Shown here: piece after piece, positions 33,906-37,361 of the stretch
Position numbering within the stretch: position 1 is the first letter of the stretch
Layout: the number at the start of each line of letters is the position of its first letter
Notes under the pieces: model-generated
Database searches by the model: none
What the model was told of the DNA's origin: nothing
The model's input: only the letters and a program-made list of their open reading frames with translations
IMG/VR virus record: IMGVR_UViG_3300036869_000029
Span: 1-37,361 of that record
Length of the DNA: 37,361 nucleotides
Direction: 5' to 3' (one strand)
Origin: a virus
Lineage: Duplodnaviria; Caudoviricetes
Position numbers and translations under genes: made by a program

Positions 33906-33999
33906 TATGCCCGGGCGCGGAGAATGACTTAGCGGTCAGACTGCCAACGACCGCGCCTGAATAACAAATTAACCGCTATGCGGATAAAGGGGTGAAGAG

Positions 34000-34356
34000 A
34001 TGCAAACGTTGATTAAAATTTTGTTGGTTTTAAGCTTTTTATTTATTGGTGGGTGTTATGAAAAAAAGGTTTATCAGAGTAATAATCTGGAACTTGAAAA
34101 TGAAAAATCGCCACATAAAAACGAGGATGAATTTGAAAGAATCGAAAAGGCAATAGCGGATATTGATAAAAAGAATGCACTGAGACTTGCAACTGCAAAA
34201 TTTAAACCTGGACAAATGGTTAAAATAAAAATCAGTGGTGAAATTAGACAGGTAATTAGTGTTTATGATGATTTTTATGGGATTAGATTGTTTGAAAATG
34301 GTGAATATAGGGAGCAAGCATTCAACGAGTTCGAACTCGAAGAGGTGAAACCATGA
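34000..34356 (+). CDS. lipoprotein
   Basis: MQTLIKILLVLSFLFIGGC lipobox; C-terminal KFKPGQMVKIK small beta-barrel-like motif. Confidence 0.7.
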   Translation: MQTLIKILLVLSFLFIGGCYEKKVYQSNNLELENEKSPHKNEDEFERIEKAIADIDKKNALRLATAKFKPGQMVKIKISGEIRQVISVYDDFYGIRLFENGEYREQAFNEFELEEVKP

Positions 34357-34736
34357 ATGACAGGCTGGAAATAGCATCACGAGCATTGCAGGGAATTTTA
34401 AGTAATTGCGAAATGGTTGATAACGCAACCGATAACGCAATTAAGTGGGTTAAGGAAGCGGCGCTAAAATACGCCGACGCCCTGATCGCGCTGGAATCCG
34501 AGACGCGGAAGGATGAAGTTATTACCATTAAGGAGCAATCATTTGAAACAGCGAAGGCGAATTACATTCGTGGAATATTTGACGGCCACGCGCAGGCAAT
34601 CGAGCAGGTGAAAAAAGTGATTTCTTATTTAAGTGAAACAGCGTACGGATGTAAGACCAATGATCCACTTATTTCTATGGTTAAAATGCTTGAAAATATC
34701 ACATCCCTCAAGCCGGAGGTGAGCCATGATAGATAA
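34353..34736 (+). CDS. phage hypothetical protein
   Basis: RLEIA..ALQGILSN...A.KYADALI..L pattern common in phages (from recall). Confidence 0.8.
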   Translation: MNDRLEIASRALQGILSNCEMVDNATDNAIKWVKEAALKYADALIALESETRKDEVITIKEQSFETAKANYIRGIFDGHAQAIEQVKKVISYLSETAYGCKTNDPLISMVKMLENITSLKPEVSHDR

Positions 34737-34893
34737 CGAACATTGTAGATTCAAAGAAACTTGCTCAATTAAAACTGGATGCGATAGGTGCAAGCTTTTT
34801 AGGGGTATAGATACGTCCCCTAAAGTTGATGAAAATGACGATGTATCTGCGGCGGATGATTTACTCAATGCAATTCTTGATGGGGGTTATTAA
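34726..34893 (+). CDS. 55-aa Cys-rich hypothetical protein (not in ORF track)
   Basis: GGAGGTGA SD; MIDNEHC...C...CDRC. Confidence 0.6.
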   Translation: MIDNEHCRFKETCSIKTGCDRCKLFRGIDTSPKVDENDDVSAADDLLNAILDGGY

Positions 34894-34896
34894 GCT

Positions 34897-35316
34897 ATGA
34901 ATGATCCAAAGTTTACGCCTAAACTTAAATGGCACGCATTCAAACAACAGGAACATTCTGGGCGCGATTCTGGTTGGAGAGTGGAAGATGAAAACGACGT
35001 AACTATTTGTCACGTATATGAACCGGCGGAAGAAAAAGCAAGATTTATAGCCTACGCTCCCGAACTGTACGCCGAAAACGAGCGATTAAAGGCTGCGCTT
35101 AATGTCTCGTGTGATTCGGATATAGCTGATTGTTGGAAGCTTATAGACCATGGAATTATGATCGGAAAGGAATCGTGCAGCGAAGAAATTGACCGACTCA
35201 AGTCCATCGTCCGGAAGCAGACGGAGGCGTTAAAAATGGTTGCAGTAAATTATTATTTGGGAGTTTGTGACCATAACAAAGTTGAGTATGCTCTTAAGCT
35301 AGGGGAGGGTGTTTAG
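34897..35316 (+). CDS. phage hypothetical protein
   Basis: KFTP..W...A.FIA.APEL pattern common in phage early proteins (from recall). Confidence 0.8.
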   Translation: MNDPKFTPKLKWHAFKQQEHSGRDSGWRVEDENDVTICHVYEPAEEKARFIAYAPELYAENERLKAALNVSCDSDIADCWKLIDHGIMIGKESCSEEIDRLKSIVRKQTEALKMVAVNYYLGVCDHNKVEYALKLGEGV

Positions 35317-35514
35317 ATGGACGTTGATTATTTATATGACAGGATAAAAGAACTTAAAGAACAAAACGCACGCCTGCGCGAAGTGGTTAAGATGTTTATT
35401 AAACGAGCGGAAGCAAGGTGCGAGTATAGTTGCTCTGGTCGCAATGAAACCTGTGCCAATTGTATAAACGATAAAGCCATCCGCGCCGGAAAGGACGTGA
35501 TGAATGAAAAATAA
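35317..35514 (+). CDS. small Cys-containing hypothetical protein
   Basis: GGAGG SD, abuts the previous stop. Confidence 0.65.
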   Translation: MDVDYLYDRIKELKEQNARLREVVKMFIKRAEARCEYSCSGRNETCANCINDKAIRAGKDVMNEK

Positions 35515-35665
35515 AGTGATGCATAAATTTGTAACTCAAGACGGGGTAAACGGTGATTTGATTACTAAGTGCGGAACACATATTCGGGGTTTCCAATGGG
35601 ATAAAGTAAGGACCAAATGGGAGCCTGTCACATGTAAAAAATGCAAGCGAAGGGGGAAGCGATGA
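35504..35665 (+). CDS. 53-aa zinc-binding hypothetical protein (not in ORF track)
   Basis: H...CG...VTCKKC, read manually. Confidence 0.6.
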   Translation: MKNKVMHKFVTQDGVNGDLITKCGTHIRGFQWDKVRTKWEPVTCKKCKRRGKR

Positions 35666-35820
35666 ATAAAGATTTAATTGTTAGGGGTACTTTAATTACA
35701 TTTCGCACTGATGGCGAAAGCGGTCTTGGAGTTACTTGGCTTTGGTATCATGATTTTAAGGAAATTTGTCTATACATTTTTAATTTAAGCATTACGTGGG
35801 CAATTGAGGAGGACTTATGA
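35662..35820 (+). CDS. 52-aa hypothetical protein (not in ORF track)
   Basis: ATGA overlaps at both ends; GGGGG SD. Confidence 0.55.
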   Translation: MNKDLIVRGTLITFRTDGESGLGVTWLWYHDFKEICLYIFNLSITWAIEEDL

Positions 35821-36113
35821 AAATTATGACCGTTGAGGAAATATTGGCGTGCAAGATACCGGAAGGGGATTATTTTAATTGTTTAAATGAATTGGTAAGC
35901 ATTGCCAAACGATCTATTGAGCAAGATACTTTTGGTTCCATAGATGAATTTAGATTGGTTTTTTCCAACCTCTATGCCCTGGCGAAAGGTGAGTATGTGG
36001 AAAAGAAAGCGGTTATGAATATTTTATATGATTTCACATACGGAGTTGGCGGTCATAAATGGACGGTTATGAATGTCAAAGCGCTCCCAACCATCGGAAC
36101 GGAGGTTTTATGA
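35817..36113 (+). CDS. hypothetical protein
   Basis: GAGGAGG SD, ATGA coupling. Confidence 0.7.
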   Translation: MKIMTVEEILACKIPEGDYFNCLNELVSIAKRSIEQDTFGSIDEFRLVFSNLYALAKGEYVEKKAVMNILYDFTYGVGGHKWTVMNVKALPTIGTEVL

Positions 36114-36535
36114 TCTGCCGACGATGCAAGCGAGTGATTAAACTTAAGGCATCTATCGAACGCGGATACGGACCACTTTGCTGGGCCAAAGCCATGGGTG
36201 ATACGGGTCAACTTATCCCCGGGACAAACATCGTCCTTGTTGCAGACGATCCGCGTTTCCCAGATGACGTGTTTTGTCGACGTTTGCTTGATGGTAACGT
36301 TGAGACAAACGTAGTATTAAAAGAAAAAATTGGGGTGAGTTATAATTGGACCGAGCTGGGATTATATTCTATGGCTCTCGCGGTTAATATATTGCGGAGA
36401 TTTACAGACAATGAAACCGCCATAGTTTTGCATAATTTTTTCAAAAATGAAATCCTTATTAAACAACCAGAGCAAGGTTTCAGAATCAAGGCTTGCCAGA
36501 TCCGGCGCTGGCTGGAATCAAAGGGAGTGTCATGA
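36110..36535 (+). CDS. N-terminal zinc finger (DUF6011-like) plus DUF6166-like domain
   Basis: CRRC...SIERGYGPLC; YNW...G....LA.NIL; GGAGG SD before ATG 36110. Confidence 0.65.
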   Translation: MICRRCKRVIKLKASIERGYGPLCWAKAMGDTGQLIPGTNIVLVADDPRFPDDVFCRRLLDGNVETNVVLKEKIGVSYNWTELGLYSMALAVNILRRFTDNETAIVLHNFFKNEILIKQPEQGFRIKACQIRRWLESKGVS

Positions 36536-36756
36536 CTGAAAAATCATGGCCTCCAGTTTCGCAGCAAGATTTTGATTTCTCAGCGAGTTTGTTGGGAAGA
36601 GAAATGCACGTAACAATCATAGACGATCCTGTTAAAGAAAAACCAGATTGCCTAAAATGCGTAAACGCAAATATTAATTCATGGCAAGAACCATGCAAGA
36701 CGTGTTGCGATCCGGATAACCCAAAAAACTTTCCGGCGTTCGTTAAAAAAGTATAA
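36532..36756 (+). CDS. small Cys-rich hypothetical protein
   Basis: CLKC...EPCKTC; GGGAG SD, ATGA coupling. Confidence 0.65.
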   Translation: MTEKSWPPVSQQDFDFSASLLGREMHVTIIDDPVKEKPDCLKCVNANINSWQEPCKTCCDPDNPKNFPAFVKKV

Positions 36757-36758
36757 AA

Positions 36759-36792
36759 AAAAGTATACTTTTAAATTAACATTTGGTATATT
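36759..36792 (+). promoter_or_regulatory. promoter with palindromic operator
   Basis: AAAAGTATACTTTT perfect palindrome at 36759-72 over the -35 position; extended -10 TGgTATATT at 36784-92. Confidence 0.55.
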
Positions 36793-36820
36793 TAACACAT
36801 CAAAGAAGGGAGGTGAAAGC

Positions 36821-37063
36821 ATGGCAAAAGAAGTGTTTAAAAAAATTCGACGCCCAGCGGATTTCAATGTACGCAAAACCTGGTCACATCACCCGGATGC
36901 TTTGGAAGCATTGGAACGTTTGGCCAAAAAGTACGGCAAAAAATACGGTGAGGGTGCGGTACGAAAGCAGCTTGTCTCTTTCGGTATTTTGGCACTGGAA
37001 AAACATTTGAATGATTTACGAGTTAAACCTAGTGAAGATATCGAACAAGTGCTGGGAATTTAA
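36821..37063 (+). CDS. putative ribbon-helix-helix transcriptional regulator
   Basis: GGAGGTGA SD; RKTWS strand followed by PDALEALERLAKKYG helix and a second helix. Confidence 0.5.
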   Translation: MAKEVFKKIRRPADFNVRKTWSHHPDALEALERLAKKYGKKYGEGAVRKQLVSFGILALEKHLNDLRVKPSEDIEQVLGI

Positions 37064-37072
37064 GGGGGAACG

Positions 37073-37361
37073 ATGGAAGAAAAACTGATTGAACAATTGC
37101 TTCAAATGGTAAAAAACGGAATAGATTTTACTGTAGGTGAACTACCAGAAGTTGCGCGTCAAGTGCTTGAATTTAACTATTTTTCAAATTGCGTTTGGAT
37201 TTGGGTAATGGTTGGATTAACTGTTTTGTTTGGATTTTTGCTGTTTATTGGAATAATTGTGGAACATTTAAGTGATACAATTGATTGCAAAGGGTTTAAT
37301 GTGTTAGCTGGATCTATTTTTTTGTTTTTTTTAATTATGGCTATAGTTTCAGTTCCAATTA
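37073..37361 (+). CDS. 3'-truncated membrane protein, paralog of 2880..3263 (not in ORF track)
   Basis: MEEKLIEQLLQMVKNGIDFTVGELPEVARQVL versus MEKFFNTLLEMVQSGATFIQGQLPDYVNQLL; GGGGG SD. Confidence 0.75.
   Translation, partial: MEEKLIEQLLQMVKNGIDFTVGELPEVARQVLEFNYFSNCVWIWVMVGLTVLFGFLLFIGIIVEHLSDTIDCKGFNVLAGSIFLFFLIMAIVSVPI

Noticed and set aside
448-36876. Other short minus-strand and nested alternative-frame ORFs in the track
   Set aside because: Nearly all overlap well-supported + strand genes or structured intergenic elements, and I saw no recognisable protein motifs in them.

Overview
Continuous segment of a tailed dsDNA phage (Caudoviricetes, siphovirus-like: tail tube and tape measure, no sheath). 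Every credible gene is on the + strand. Order: a 5'-truncated 27-bp repeat protein and small accessory genes, with a multi-pseudoknot ncRNA candidate (1545-1763); terminase small subunit; portal fused to a MuF/gp7-like domain; a protease-scaffold-major capsid fusion with an internal start; two glycosyltransferases directly after the capsid gene; neck genes, tail tube, chaperone, tape measure, and Dit/Tal-like proteins with inserted domains; a displaced terminase large subunit; a lysis region interrupted by a 1539-aa signal-peptide protein (Thr/Pro linkers, repeated CBM-like domains, GH99/GH71-like domain) and a signal-peptide BppU-like protein; then an early/accessory region (ECF sigma, radical SAM, lipoprotein, RHH-like regulator, many small ORFs). 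Most notable: a ~145-aa domain inserted in the tail hub protein recurs 2-3 times in the exported glycoside hydrolase-like protein. With three Sec-exported late proteins and capsid-linked glycosyltransferases, this suggests a glycan-centred virion decoration or receptor-destroying system. Family assignments come from motif recognition by eye, not from database searches. No integrase, tRNA, CRISPR array or reverse transcriptase was seen.
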